DNA of 64,000 nucleotides from Chlorobiota bacterium (GCA_026415505.1 JAOAGY010000019.1:7485-71484), one strand, 5' to 3'; counted from the first letter of the stretch, positions 49,134 to 59,436 are shown. A program made the numbers and translations. The notes: generated by a model not told the origin, from the letters alone.

Positions 49134-51296
49134 TCAGGGTCGAGTCAGTGAGCTGGCAGAACCGACGTAGCGAAAATCGATTTGACGACGTGAAAGGTGC
49201 ACTTCTTCGATCCGAACACGAACGCGCCCGCCGAGTTGAAAAATCTGCCCGTGATGCCGCCCGACGAGTGCATAGCGATGCTCGTCGAACACGTACCGAT
49301 CGCGCGGCAGCCAACGCACCGGACACAGTCCTTCGGCGTAAATGTCGTCGCACATGACGAAGACGCCGAAATCGGTCACGCCGGTGATCGTGCCGTCGAA
49401 TTCAGCGCCTTCGTGTTTGCGCGCCAGCAGCACTTGCGCGACCTTTTGCGATGCGCGTTCTGCTTCGACGGCGGTGCGCTCGCGCTCGGAACAGTGCGCA
49501 GCGATCGGTTCGAGTTCGTCGCGCAGCTGAGCCACCCGCTGAGGCGACGGTTTGCCGCGCGCGTACTCTTTGAGCAATCGGTGCACGACCAAATCCGGAT
49601 AGCGCCGGATCGGCGAGGTAAAATGCGTGTAGTCGCTGAAGCCCAAGCCGTAGTGCCCGATGTTTTCCGGCGAGTAGTGCGCTTTCGCCATCGAGCGGAG
49701 CAACACCATGTTGACGACTGCAGCTTCGGGACGATCGGCGACCTGCGCCAAAATGCGATTGATCTCGCGTGCGGAGAGCTGTCCGCGATGCGGCGGCACT
49801 TCCAGTCCGAGCGAACGAACGAACGCGACCGCCATGCGGAGCTTTTCGGCATCCGGTTCGTCGTGGACGCGGTAGAGAAACGGTAATCCGCCGCGAATCC
49901 GCCACTGCTTGCCGAGCATCGTGACGTGCTCGGTCACGCAACGATTGGCAGCGAGCATGCATTCTTCGACCAGTTGCGTGGCACGAGTGGAGCCTTTCAG
50001 ATACGCGCGCACGGGCTGCGCCATCTCGTCGAGTTCGAAGCGGAGTTCGAGCGTCGAAAAATCAATGCCGCCGCTTTCGAATCGCCGCTGGCGGAGACGC
50101 CGCGCCAATGCATCGAGCTCGGCGAGCAGTCCGGCATGATCGCCCCTGCCGGTAGCGAGGATGCCCTCGACTTCCTCGTAGGTGAATCGCCGCTTGCTCC
50201 GGATCGTGCTCTCGGTGATGCGATAGCCGAGGCGCTTCCCATCGGGCGTGAATTCCATCAGCACCGAATAGGCACAGCGATCGCGATCGGGCACGAGCGA
50301 ACAAACGTCCGTCGAGAGAATGTCCGGCAACATTGGCACGACGCCGTCCACCAGATACACGCTCGTGGCACGATCGAGCGCCTCGCGGTCGAGCGGCGAA
50401 TCCGGCGGTACGTATGCGCTCACGTCGGCAATGTGGACGCCGAGTACGACGTTGCCGTTGGGCAACGTTTCAAGCGAGAGTGCATCGTCGAAGTCTTTGG
50501 CATCAGGCGGATCGATGGTGACGATTTCCCACGCGCGGAAATCCTCGCGTCTGCCCGAGGTCATCGGCGACGACGCCGTCGAACGAGCGACAGCGACCGC
50601 CGGCGGTGGATACGACCGCGGCAGACGAAACTCGCGATAGACGCTTTCGAATTCCGAACGGACGCTGCCGGCGCGACCGACGATCTCGACGATTTCCGCT
50701 TCGGGATTGTGATGCGGCGATGTCCAGCGGACGAAGCGCCCGATTACTTTGTCGCCGGGTTTTGCGCCACCGAGCCGATCGGCAGCGACGAGAAAATCGA
50801 ACGGATAGACTTCGTCGTCCGGCACCAGGAAAAAGAAGCTGCCGTCGAAATCGAGCTTACCGGGGATCGGCGTGCCGCTACGCTCGACGATACGGACGAC
50901 TTCACCGCGCGGCTGTTTGCGTGGCGGCGTCGGCAGCAAGCGTACTTCGACGCGATCGCCGTGGAGCGCTGTGCCGCTGTCGCGACGACGGATCGCAATG
51001 CGCGGCAGTTTCGGATCGCCTGTTTCGACGTAGCTGGCGCCATCGCGTTCGACGACGAAGCGTCCGATGGAAGACGAATGTTCGGTGCCTGCCAGGGCGA
51101 ACCGTCGCCGTCGCGTTCGCACGAGCACGCCTTCTTCGACGAGCTGGAGGACAGTCTCACGAAGTCGCTCGTAGTCGTCCGACTCGCTGGACACGCCGAG
51201 CGCTCGTGCGATGTCGTGCAAGAGCAGGGGCTCGCCTCGCTGGGCGAAAAGCTGGAGGATATGAGAGCGTAAGTGCTGCGGCGATTTCCGATTCAT
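49134..51296 (-). CDS. rnr: Ribonuclease R
   Basis: TIDPPDAKDFDDA, EECMLAAN, YTHFTSPIRRYPDL, C-terminal S1 domain. Confidence 0.95.
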   Translation of the reverse strand: MNRKSPQHLRSHILQLFAQRGEPLLLHDIARALGVSSESDDYERLRETVLQLVEEGVLVRTRRRRFALAGTEHSSSIGRFVVERDGASYVETGDPKLPRIAIRRRDSGTALHGDRVEVRLLPTPPRKQPRGEVVRIVERSGTPIPGKLDFDGSFFFLVPDDEVYPFDFLVAADRLGGAKPGDKVIGRFVRWTSPHHNPEAEIVEIVGRAGSVRSEFESVYREFRLPRSYPPPAVAVARSTASSPMTSGRREDFRAWEIVTIDPPDAKDFDDALSLETLPNGNVVLGVHIADVSAYVPPDSPLDREALDRATSVYLVDGVVPMLPDILSTDVCSLVPDRDRCAYSVLMEFTPDGKRLGYRITESTIRSKRRFTYEEVEGILATGRGDHAGLLAELDALARRLRQRRFESGGIDFSTLELRFELDEMAQPVRAYLKGSTRATQLVEECMLAANRCVTEHVTMLGKQWRIRGGLPFLYRVHDEPDAEKLRMAVAFVRSLGLEVPPHRGQLSAREINRILAQVADRPEAAVVNMVLLRSMAKAHYSPENIGHYGLGFSDYTHFTSPIRRYPDLVVHRLLKEYARGKPSPQRVAQLRDELEPIAAHCSERERTAVEAERASQKVAQVLLARKHEGAEFDGTITGVTDFGVFVMCDDIYAEGLCPVRWLPRDRYVFDEHRYALVGRHHGQIFQLGGRVRVRIEEVHLSRRQIDFRYVGSASSLTRP

Positions 51297-51314
51297 CCAG
51301 AGAACGTGACTCGA

Positions 51315-53414
51315 TTAGCTGTAGGGAACGACCACGTTGCTTCGCCGCAACGCTTGTTGTAATGCTGCTGCAGCGTGATCGAGGAGAGTGCGTGGTGTGT
51401 CGCTGACGGCTGCCCGCGCGATTCCGACGCTGACGGTGACCACCACCGTTCGCCCTTCGAGTGTCTGCGGAGTGCCGGCAATTTTTTTGCGGATATGTTC
51501 GACCAATACGTGCGCTTTGTCGGCATCGCTACCGGCGAGGATGATGCCGAGCACGGTGCTGTCGAGTCGTCCCACGACGTGATACGGTTTGACGACGGAA
51601 CGAACAAGCGACGCGATACGTTCGATGAGCTGTTCGCATGCCAGCGGCTGCTGTTCGAGCGCCTTGTAGCGATCGAGCTGCATGAGCGCAACACACAAAT
51701 GTTGTCCCGTATCGCGCGCACGCTCGAGCTCTTCTGCCAATCGTCGCTCGAATGCACCGATGTTGTACGTCTCGGTCGCATCGTCGAGGAGCGCTTGGTG
51801 GCGGACGCGATCCCGCAGGAACAATTGTGCGATGAACATGCCGGCATGCTCGCCGATGATTTCCAGTGCGGCGATGTCTTGGTGACTGGTGCGTCCCTGT
51901 GTCGTTTCGATAAAGAGCGCACCATAATTTTCACTCGACGTGCGCAAGGGCACAGCGACAAAATAGCCGTCGTCTCTGCGTTGCTCGATCGCCGAGTAGC
52001 GTTTGCCCGGCGTTTGGCAATGCTGGCAATGAACGATGGTGCCGTCGAGCAATGTCGCCGCAATTGCGCTGCCGTCGAGTTCGATCGGCGTACCGACCGG
52101 TGGCATCCCATCGCCAGTAACGGCGACCAACTCCCAGCGATCGTGTTCAGGCGAGAACAGAACGACGCCGGCTGCTCGTGCTTCGACGACGGTTGTCGCA
52201 GCGCTCACCAGAGACTGCGCGATGTCGCCGATCGTACAATCGCTGCGCTGAAGGAGCCGGCGGAAATGCACGATCGTTTCCAGTGTCCGGGCATTCTGCT
52301 GGAGATCGTACTTGGCAGTATAGCTTTGGACCAGCATCGAAATCAAGCGACCGCACTGACCGAGAACACCCACTGTCTGCTCGTCGTAGGCATCGTCGTC
52401 GGCTGAGTCAACCGTCAGCACACCGACCACCACTTTGTTCAGAAATACAGGAACACCGGCGAACGAGCGTGTGCCTGTCGCTTGGAAATAGTACGGAAGC
52501 AAATCGCACTCGGCGCTTTGCTGGATGTCGCAGACAATTTGCGCCTGTCCATCGCGGGCAATAACCGAGATGATGTCTTCGCCGAGTGGATACTTGCGCT
52601 GCGTGCGGAGGGAATCGGCAACGTCGCTGATGCTCGCTTCCAAGACGAGTTCAGAACGATCGGCGTTGTACCAAAAAAATGTCGCCGTCCGTGCGCTCAT
52701 TGTCGAGCGCAGAATGTGCATGATGCCCTTGAGTATGTGCGTGAACTCGCGACGCGGCTCAGCCAAGTCGTCTTCGAACGAATCGTCCATGAGCGTCGCC
52801 AACGACAGCGCCACATGCCTGACACGAGGCATGGCGGGACGTTCGGAGTCTGGAGTGTTACGCTCATCGGATGTGGCGGGCGCATTCTGTTCCGCTACGA
52901 CAGACCGAGATGCCGGCACTCGTCGTTTGACGCGCACCGACGAGAAGTCGTCGCCGCGTTCATCGCTGACAGCGTGGACAGCCGGTCGGTCGGATCGAGC
53001 TTCCGTCGTTAGCTTGTCCTGAGGAGAGGACGTCGTATTATGACCGTTTCGGGTGTTTTCTGCAATAGGCTCGCTGCGACGCTCTTGCTGGTGTTCTCCG
53101 CTGAAAGTTTCAGCGAAGTCGTCGAACACAATTCGTGTCGTACCGTTCGGATCGGTGCGAACTCGTTTTGTCAATTCGACCGATTGTGAAACGTTCGGGC
53201 GTGACCAGGCGACTTTTTCTCGCTTCCGCGATTGTATGTTGAGCAACAAAAACACACCCGACAGCAGCACCACACACGCGCCGATGAGACGAATCGGAAC
53301 TTCCTCGAGAAACACCAGCGCAAACAGCCCCACAGCGATACTGACGATGTACACCGCATCGGTAGGAGTCAGGTATCGAGTCCATTGAAACGCTGTGCTC
53401 TGGCGAGCATTCAT
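51315..53414 (-). CDS. Membrane-anchored GAF-GAF-GGDEF-like protein with a degenerate active site
   Basis: Two N-terminal TM helices, two GAF-like domains, DDATETYN...QLDRYK, and GRLDSTVL in place of GGDEF. Confidence 0.75.
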   Translation of the reverse strand: MNARQSTAFQWTRYLTPTDAVYIVSIAVGLFALVFLEEVPIRLIGACVVLLSGVFLLLNIQSRKREKVAWSRPNVSQSVELTKRVRTDPNGTTRIVFDDFAETFSGEHQQERRSEPIAENTRNGHNTTSSPQDKLTTEARSDRPAVHAVSDERGDDFSSVRVKRRVPASRSVVAEQNAPATSDERNTPDSERPAMPRVRHVALSLATLMDDSFEDDLAEPRREFTHILKGIMHILRSTMSARTATFFWYNADRSELVLEASISDVADSLRTQRKYPLGEDIISVIARDGQAQIVCDIQQSAECDLLPYYFQATGTRSFAGVPVFLNKVVVGVLTVDSADDDAYDEQTVGVLGQCGRLISMLVQSYTAKYDLQQNARTLETIVHFRRLLQRSDCTIGDIAQSLVSAATTVVEARAAGVVLFSPEHDRWELVAVTGDGMPPVGTPIELDGSAIAATLLDGTIVHCQHCQTPGKRYSAIEQRRDDGYFVAVPLRTSSENYGALFIETTQGRTSHQDIAALEIIGEHAGMFIAQLFLRDRVRHQALLDDATETYNIGAFERRLAEELERARDTGQHLCVALMQLDRYKALEQQPLACEQLIERIASLVRSVVKPYHVVGRLDSTVLGIILAGSDADKAHVLVEHIRKKIAGTPQTLEGRTVVVTVSVGIARAAVSDTPRTLLDHAAAALQQALRRSNVVVPYS

Positions 53415-53510
53415 GCGTCGAAAAAAGTCGTCGTGGCACGGTCGTATGCCCGCTCGTCGGGCGCATCGGTACTGCTGCGACGCAAATATACGCTGTGGTG
53501 TATCGAGGCA

Positions 53511-54539
53511 CTATCGCGCGCCAGTACCAGTAGTCGAGCGTACCCAGCGCACGGCAAAGTCCGACGACGAGCGTTTCCACTGGCGCGCACGTTGTCGCAC
53601 CCCCCTCCGATCGGTCGCTTCAACCATCAATTCGTACTCGCTCGTATTGCTCCGACGCAGCATCACACCATGACGTCGAGAGAGAATGCTCGATGCCGAA
53701 CCACGAACAGTACCGGTACGAATCGTGATCGGCATCTTTGCTGCCCCCGGCACAAGGTGGATGCTCCCATCGAGCGTCGCCGCGATGACCAGGAGTGAAT
53801 CATCCCCCCGTCGCTGGATGCCTTGCAAGCGGTAGCGCGCCGTCGTACTCGCAGCAAAAACAGGTGACATCTCCTGCTCGGCAGTCCGCGTCCACGCACG
53901 GGACGAATCGAGCGGCGCATCGGGCAACAGCAAAAATTGCTGTACGAGAACATATCTGTAGAGTTCGCTTTTGAGTTCCTGATCGATGATCTGTCGCTGC
54001 TCGGTAGCGAGCGAATCGGCATGGCTGCCGAGCAACTTTCGCACGATGGCGCCGACGCCACTGATCTCCTCGACAGTGCCGTTCGGTGCAATCGTCGCGC
54101 GGATTTCCTCGCCGATAGCTGCCTTGAAAATTTCGAGCCGTGGATCGTCACTCGATGAATCGGTCGAACGATACCGCATCGTTTTGGCTTGGCTCGAATC
54201 GCGCTCCCAATCGCGTTGCTCGATTGTGACCGAGTCGTATCGCATGCGTAATTCGATATGCCCTGTCGGTGCGATGCGCTCGATCGTTTCGGTGAAAAAC
54301 AGCTCGGTTCGCGTGCGTCCGTGCAGAGAGTCGGAATCGAATGCGTCGTCTTGACGCATGCTGCAGACCAGGACAGTTCCCGCCGTCGGTGCATACCGAA
54401 GTCGAATCGTATCGCGCGGGGCGATCGGTTCGAGCGCACCGGTGACAGCGAGCGTATCGAGTTGCTCCGGCGAGTGCGCTGTTTTATCGCCACAGCCGAT
54501 GAGCACAACAAGGAGAGCGATCGAAAAAGCGTATCTCAC
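53511..54539 (-). CDS. Hypothetical lipoprotein (DUF6263-like)
   Basis: GTG start with a GAGG RBS, lipobox LIGC, LRMRYDSV and ATIAPNGTV motifs. Confidence 0.6.
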   Translation of the reverse strand: MRYAFSIALLVVLIGCGDKTAHSPEQLDTLAVTGALEPIAPRDTIRLRYAPTAGTVLVCSMRQDDAFDSDSLHGRTRTELFFTETIERIAPTGHIELRMRYDSVTIEQRDWERDSSQAKTMRYRSTDSSSDDPRLEIFKAAIGEEIRATIAPNGTVEEISGVGAIVRKLLGSHADSLATEQRQIIDQELKSELYRYVLVQQFLLLPDAPLDSSRAWTRTAEQEMSPVFAASTTARYRLQGIQRRGDDSLLVIAATLDGSIHLVPGAAKMPITIRTGTVRGSASSILSRRHGVMLRRSNTSEYELMVEATDRRGVRQRARQWKRSSSDFAVRWVRSTTGTGAR

Positions 54540-54546
54540 ATGAACC

Positions 54547-55515
54547 TCAATAGTCGTACTGCCCCCGCAATTTCCAGTGATAGCGAGAGCGAATTTTCTG
54601 CGTGAACACTTCGTTGCGCACTTTGCAGCGTACGTCGGCAGTGAGCATCGTTTCGGCGGATTCGACAAAACCTGCTTTGTGCAGCTCGACCGTGTGGGTG
54701 CACGTGCCGCTGCCACCGACGATCTCGACGAAGCGCTGGATGTTGTACAGCTTGAGCCGTTCGAGCGTGGGCTGGAGGCTGTCGCACTGCGTTTGCAAGA
54801 CGAAGACTGGACCGCGTTGCTCGACGATGCGCGTTCGTGCATCAGCCTGTCGAAACTCGATTCCGTCGGCAAGTATCGTGAACGGCTTTTTCCAAACCGA
54901 ATCGAGTGTCACGCGTCCGTTCGGCAACGCACCTTTCTGCGGATCGGCGTAGTGCGCAAGCACCGGCAGACTGATGTTCCGCAGCCACACGAATTGCTGG
55001 AGCGAGTCGAAATTGGGGACGTCGCCACCTTCGGCGATATAGTTGCGCAGCCAGTCGAGCATTTCACCTTCGACCTTGGCGACATCCCAGTACGGCGAGT
55101 AGTACATCTGGAACTGCCGATTGAGCGGAACGACCGCGGCAACGAAATCGGGGAATTGCAGCGGCATCTGATCGTTTGGTTTGTAGCTGAGCGTATTGCC
55201 ACCGCTCGAAAAGCTGTAGCGGAGCGAATCGATCGTCACCTGCACGCTCGTCAAGCCATCGCGCGGCGCTTCGACTGCTTCGAGCGACAGGTAGTAGGTC
55301 ACCGTGCGCGTGTAGTCGAGCGTCGAACTATCGCTGTAAATGCGCTGAACAGCCGTCGTATCGGTGAAAACATACTCGAAAAGCCGCTCGACGGGAAAGC
55401 GCAAGAAAAGCGCAACGGTCTCTTTCGGTTTTTCACCGGTCGTACCGCCGCGCACACCCTCTTGTGCGAGCGCGACGCACGCGACTGCGACCAGCAACGC
55501 AAGCGATCGAATCAT
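54547..55515 (-). CDS. Secreted hypothetical protein, probable distant paralog of the neighbouring gene
   Basis: Signal peptide MIRSLALLVAVACVALA. VQVTIDSL and YYSPYWDV motifs occupy positions similar to those in the neighbour. Confidence 0.55.
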   Translation of the reverse strand: MIRSLALLVAVACVALAQEGVRGGTTGEKPKETVALFLRFPVERLFEYVFTDTTAVQRIYSDSSTLDYTRTVTYYLSLEAVEAPRDGLTSVQVTIDSLRYSFSSGGNTLSYKPNDQMPLQFPDFVAAVVPLNRQFQMYYSPYWDVAKVEGEMLDWLRNYIAEGGDVPNFDSLQQFVWLRNISLPVLAHYADPQKGALPNGRVTLDSVWKKPFTILADGIEFRQADARTRIVEQRGPVFVLQTQCDSLQPTLERLKLYNIQRFVEIVGGSGTCTHTVELHKAGFVESAETMLTADVRCKVRNEVFTQKIRSRYHWKLRGQYDY

Positions 55516-55568
55516 CGTCGAAGTGGCAATGCTATGGACAACTGCTGCAAATATGCACCTGCGAGTCG

Positions 55569-56108
55569 TCATGACGTCTGCCGTGCGATGAACAATGCCC
55601 ATGCTGCCAGCGTCATGCCGTCCCATATTGTGCCATCGGCGATGTGCTGGCGCAGTTGACTCTCGGTCAGCAGCAGGGGTTGGGTTTCTTCGATCGGATC
55701 GTTCGACTTGGCAGCAGGCACCAGCCCGCGTGCGATGAAGACACTGCAACGTTCGTCGGTGACGCCGTTCATCGGGTTGAAATCGCCGATGTGCTCCACC
55801 AGCGACGCTGCAAAGCCTGCTTCTTCCTGCAACTCGCGCAGTGCGTGATCGCGGGCACTGGTTCCATCGGGCACGCCGCCGCCGGGAAATTCGATGCTTT
55901 CGCGTTGCCACAAGTAGCGGAACTGGCGGACCAGTACCAAGCGCCCGTCGTCGGCAATCGGGACGACCATCACCGAGCCGTGCGTGTGGACGTAGTGGTA
56001 CGGGTGCTCGCTGCCGTCGCGGAGGCGATAGGTATCGAGCCAGTATTCCCAGTACGGGTTTTCAGCCACACGCTGGCTCGTGATGCGACGGAGCGGGAAT
56101 ATGTCCAT
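55569..56108 (-). CDS. NUDIX hydrolase (ADP-ribose pyrophosphatase-like)
   Basis: LVRQFRY and the Nudix box EFPGG...ALRELQEEAG. Confidence 0.9.
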   Translation of the reverse strand: MDIFPLRRITSQRVAENPYWEYWLDTYRLRDGSEHPYHYVHTHGSVMVVPIADDGRLVLVRQFRYLWQRESIEFPGGGVPDGTSARDHALRELQEEAGFAASLVEHIGDFNPMNGVTDERCSVFIARGLVPAAKSNDPIEETQPLLLTESQLRQHIADGTIWDGMTLAAWALFIARQTS

Positions 56109-56116
56109 ACGTGCGC

Positions 56117-56536
56117 TTAGCCGACCAATTCGGATTCAGCGAAGAAGAAGGCGATCTCGGTGCGAGCATTTTCGGGCGAATCGGAGCCATGGATGGCATT
56201 CTCGCCTTTCGAGCGGGCGAAACGTTTGCGGATCGTACCCTCGGCTGCTTCGGCTGGATCGGTCGCACCGATGAGCGTGCGGAAATCGGCGACGGCATTG
56301 TCCTTTTCGAGCACCATCGGGATGACCGGACCGCTGCTCATAAAGCGCACCAGTTCTGCATAGAACGGTCGCTCGCGGTGCACGGCATAGAATGCGCCGG
56401 CTTGTTCGGCGGTCATCCGAACGAGCTTCATGCCGACGATGCGGAAACCTGCGTTTTGGATCTGCGCGATGATCTCGCCGGCGACACCAGCGCCGACGGC
56501 ATCGGGCTTGATGATTGCCAGAGTGCGTTCTGCCAT
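56117..56536 (-). CDS. ndk: Nucleoside diphosphate kinase
   Basis: [25 protein letters not shown]. Confidence 0.97.
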   Translation of the reverse strand: MAERTLAIIKPDAVGAGVAGEIIAQIQNAGFRIVGMKLVRMTAEQAGAFYAVHRERPFYAELVRFMSSGPVIPMVLEKDNAVADFRTLIGATDPAEAAEGTIRKRFARSKGENAIHGSDSPENARTEIAFFFAESELVG

Positions 56537-56539
56537 GTG

Positions 56540-57541
56540 TTACTTTTTCGGTTGGTTCGACTTTCGTGTGGTGGATGCTTTTTTCGGGGTCGCTTTCGAT
56601 GAAGTTTTCTTTGCGGGTGTTTTTGCGGGAGTCTTTTTCGGTGCAGCGCCGAGAACGTCAGCGACCGTGCGTCCGATGTGCGCCGGCGACTCGACGACAT
56701 GCACGCCGGCACGACGGAGCGCAGCGAGCTTAGCATCGGCTGTGCCTTTGCCGCCACTGATGATCGCGCCGGCATGTCCCATGCGGCGCCCGGGCGGTGC
56801 AGTGCGTCCTGCGATGTACGCAACGACGGGCTTGCGCACGTGTGCAGCGATGTATTCGGCTGCTTCTTCTTCGGCGGTACCGCCGATTTCACCGATGAGC
56901 ACGATCGCTTCGGTTTGCCGATCGGCATTGAACAGCTCCAACGCATCGACAAAGCGCGTCCCGACGATCGGGTCGCCACCGATACCGATGCACGTGCTCT
57001 GTCCGATGCCGAGCGAGGTCAATTGCCAGACGGCTTCGTAGGTGAGCGTTCCCGAACGCGAGACGACACCGACCGGACCGGGCGTTGCAATGAAACCGGG
57101 CATGATGCCGATTTTGCATTCGCCGGGCGTGAGCAAGCCGGGACAGTTCGGTCCGACCAGCCGCGAACGCGAGCCACGAAGCGCTGCCCACACGGTGCGC
57201 ATGTCGCGAACCGGTATGCCTTCGGTGATGGCGACAATGAGGGGCACTTCTGCTTCGATCGCTTCGAGTATGGCATCGGCTGCCATCGGTGCGGGAACGA
57301 AAATGCACGTCGCATCGGCACCTGTTTCGGCAACCGCTTGGCGGACAGTGTCGAAGACGGGAACCTCGCGCCCGAACTGATCGCTACCTTTGCCGGCATA
57401 GGGCATGCCGCCTTTGCCGGGAGTGACACCGCCGACGACATTGGTGCCGTAGGCAATCATCTGGGCGGTGTGAAACGTGCCTTCCGAGCCTGTGATGCCT
57501 TGCACGATGAGCCGTGTCCGGCTATTGCAGAGGATGCTCAT
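56540..57541 (-). CDS. sucD: Succinyl-CoA synthetase alpha subunit with a Lys/Ala/Pro-rich tail
   Basis: [35 protein letters not shown]. Start at ATG 57541. Confidence 0.96.
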   Translation of the reverse strand: MSILCNSRTRLIVQGITGSEGTFHTAQMIAYGTNVVGGVTPGKGGMPYAGKGSDQFGREVPVFDTVRQAVAETGADATCIFVPAPMAADAILEAIEAEVPLIVAITEGIPVRDMRTVWAALRGSRSRLVGPNCPGLLTPGECKIGIMPGFIATPGPVGVVSRSGTLTYEAVWQLTSLGIGQSTCIGIGGDPIVGTRFVDALELFNADRQTEAIVLIGEIGGTAEEEAAEYIAAHVRKPVVAYIAGRTAPPGRRMGHAGAIISGGKGTADAKLAALRRAGVHVVESPAHIGRTVADVLGAAPKKTPAKTPAKKTSSKATPKKASTTRKSNQPKK

Positions 57542-57614
57542 AGAAACGCCGAAAAGTCGTGTGTGACTGTCAACAGGCTGCAAAGTTACGGCATCGGCTT
57601 CTCCGCAAGACAAA

Positions 57615-57642
57615 CGGCGCACCGCTCGACAGCAGTGCGCCG
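57615..57642 (-). terminator. Cassette-boundary terminator hairpin H1
   Basis: Minus strand CGGCGCAC-T-GCT-GTCG-AGC-G-GTGCGCCG followed by TTTGTCTT. The 33 bp at 57610-57642 are identical to 59349-59381. Confidence 0.75.
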
Positions 57643-57668
57643 CTGCTTTCGTTTTTGTCGGGGGTCAC

Positions 57669-58406
57669 CTATTTGCTCGATGCAGGAAGAACAAATGTGC
57701 TCGAAAGTCCCTGACGCTCCGACAACGACATTACTTCCCAGTAATAGCGACCTGGCTCGACCGGCGGTAATTGCAAACGAACGATATGCTCGCCAGCAGT
57801 CGTAAGAGTTGTCGTTTCGGTTTTGATAACTCGCTCGGATTCGTCCGACGATCGCTCGAAGACACGAACGGTTACATCCATCGGCTTTTTGACCCGACAG
57901 TGCAGATCGAGCGATGCTGCTTCGCCATTCCAGTGTGCGAAGACAGTATCGAAAACGAATGCGTAACGACGAAGCTTCGAACGTGTCCGGAAATCAAGAC
58001 CAGCCGGCAATTCAATCGAAGGAAGAATCACTTCTACCGAATCACTCGAACAGCCGCGTTGGACCGTTGCCATGACGTTCCCATCGGCATCAGTCACCTG
58101 TACACTCCAACCGTTCGAGCCTGATTGGCAAACGACCGGTGCAAACGACGCCGTTGCCCAACCAGAAACATATCCTATCGTTCGCTTGCCAGTCATGCCG
58201 ATCGGTCCCTCGCAAATCGATCCATCGCATTCATGGACGACTTCCCAGTCGTGCTTGCCATCACCATTACGATCCTCGATGACACGCCATCCCCACCCGC
58301 CATTCGGTCCAGGGCACTGCCAATAGCTATACAATGGATCGGCAGCCTTCCCATAAAGACTCAGCGCAGCAAGTACCATCGTGACTGCAACTATCGTCGT
58401 TTTCAT
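57669..58406 (-). CDS. Secreted Cys-rich protein with a DRNGDG loop and a C-terminal Ig/CTD-like domain (paralog P1)
   Basis: GGAGG RBS 7 nt before ATG 58406. Signal peptide. N-domain aligns with 58423-59121. Confidence 0.75.
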   Translation of the reverse strand: MKTTIVAVTMVLAALSLYGKAADPLYSYWQCPGPNGGWGWRVIEDRNGDGKHDWEVVHECDGSICEGPIGMTGKRTIGYVSGWATASFAPVVCQSGSNGWSVQVTDADGNVMATVQRGCSSDSVEVILPSIELPAGLDFRTRSKLRRYAFVFDTVFAHWNGEAASLDLHCRVKKPMDVTVRVFERSSDESERVIKTETTTLTTAGEHIVRLQLPPVEPGRYYWEVMSLSERQGLSSTFVLPASSK

Positions 58407-58422
58407 GACCATTCCTCCGTCG

Positions 58423-59121
58423 TTAGCGAGACAGAACAAACGGGATAAACTGCGCATTCGATTTGTGTCGAACGACTGCAATATAAATGCCATCTGGCAA
58501 ATTGCTCGGCAGCTCAATTGTCAGCCGTTCATTGCCTGGACTCGACCAGACGCTTTGATGCACACTCTGCCCAGTGGATGAATAAACTTCGATACTCACT
58601 CGACCATCGAAATCGCCGGTAATTGTCACTGTGCCCATTGTTGGGTTGGGAGAAACTCTCGCCACCGATACATCGCCAGGGATGTGGCTGATGAGCCCCG
58701 AGGCATAAACGATTTGTGGGAGTGAGTCTCCACAGGTTTGGATTACCGACCCAAGCAGTAACGAATCCTGTGTGTACAAGTCAACCCGCCAGAGCCATCG
58801 CCCATTCTCACACCGTGAGGAGGTAAAATCCACTCTGAATGGTTGTTCGGCAATTGTCCCAATGGGATGTGCTACCATTTGAATTGGCTGCGAGCAGAGC
58901 GACCCATCGCATCCTCTGACTGTGATCCAGTCATACTGACCATCACAGTTGCGGTCTTCCCTTACTGACCATGCAACACTGCCGTTCGAACATGTAATGG
59001 TTGTAAACTGCGGAGGAAGACAATCCTTCTGCATATCGCAGATATTGTGGGCAGGGTTGTCTCCTGCGTATGCCTGTACCAGACACGCAAGGACACAGAG
59101 AAGAAGCGGGATAGTGTTCAT
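58423..59121 (-). CDS. Secreted Cys-rich protein with a T9SS type-A sorting tail (paralog P2)
   Basis: Signal peptide. CTD-like SPNPTMGTVTI...IEVYSSTGQSV...LPDGIYIAVV. Confidence 0.8.
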   Translation of the reverse strand: MNTIPLLLCVLACLVQAYAGDNPAHNICDMQKDCLPPQFTTITCSNGSVAWSVREDRNCDGQYDWITVRGCDGSLCSQPIQMVAHPIGTIAEQPFRVDFTSSRCENGRWLWRVDLYTQDSLLLGSVIQTCGDSLPQIVYASGLISHIPGDVSVARVSPNPTMGTVTITGDFDGRVSIEVYSSTGQSVHQSVWSSPGNERLTIELPSNLPDGIYIAVVRHKSNAQFIPFVLSR

Positions 59122-59158
59122 GTTTACCTCACTATTGTTTGTACACTCTTTCCACCGT

Positions 59159-59395
59159 CCCTGCTGGCGCGGCAGGTGTTATCCCACGTGCAGTGGAATG
59201 TCGGCGATGCGCCGCGCATCTCATCCCCGTACATCCACTGCAGCCAGACAACACTCCAGGGGAATAGGTGGCACTGCGAATGTAAAAAAAAAAAAAAATT
59301 AATTCTCAATGAATTTTTCGCCTCTTGCAAAAAAATTTTTTCTCGATAACAAACGGCGCACCGCTCGACAGCAGTGCGCCGTCGCTGGGTGTGTT
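59159..59395 (-). repeat. Cassette head, copy A: terminator H2, AT-tract, promoter with T15, structured leader
   Basis: Collinear with 63161-63395. Identical 30-mer TTAATTCTCAATGAATTTTTCGCCTCTTGC. H2 at 59354-59381. Confidence 0.92.
59279..59309 (-). promoter_or_regulatory. Putative sigma70 promoter with a poly(T)15 spacer (19 bp)
   Basis: TTGAGA (59309-59304), ATTAA plus T14, TACATT (59284-59279). Confidence 0.55.
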
Positions 59396-59436
59396 GTCGG
59401 AGAACATACCAGGAGTAGCGATCGCTCAGCTTTTCC

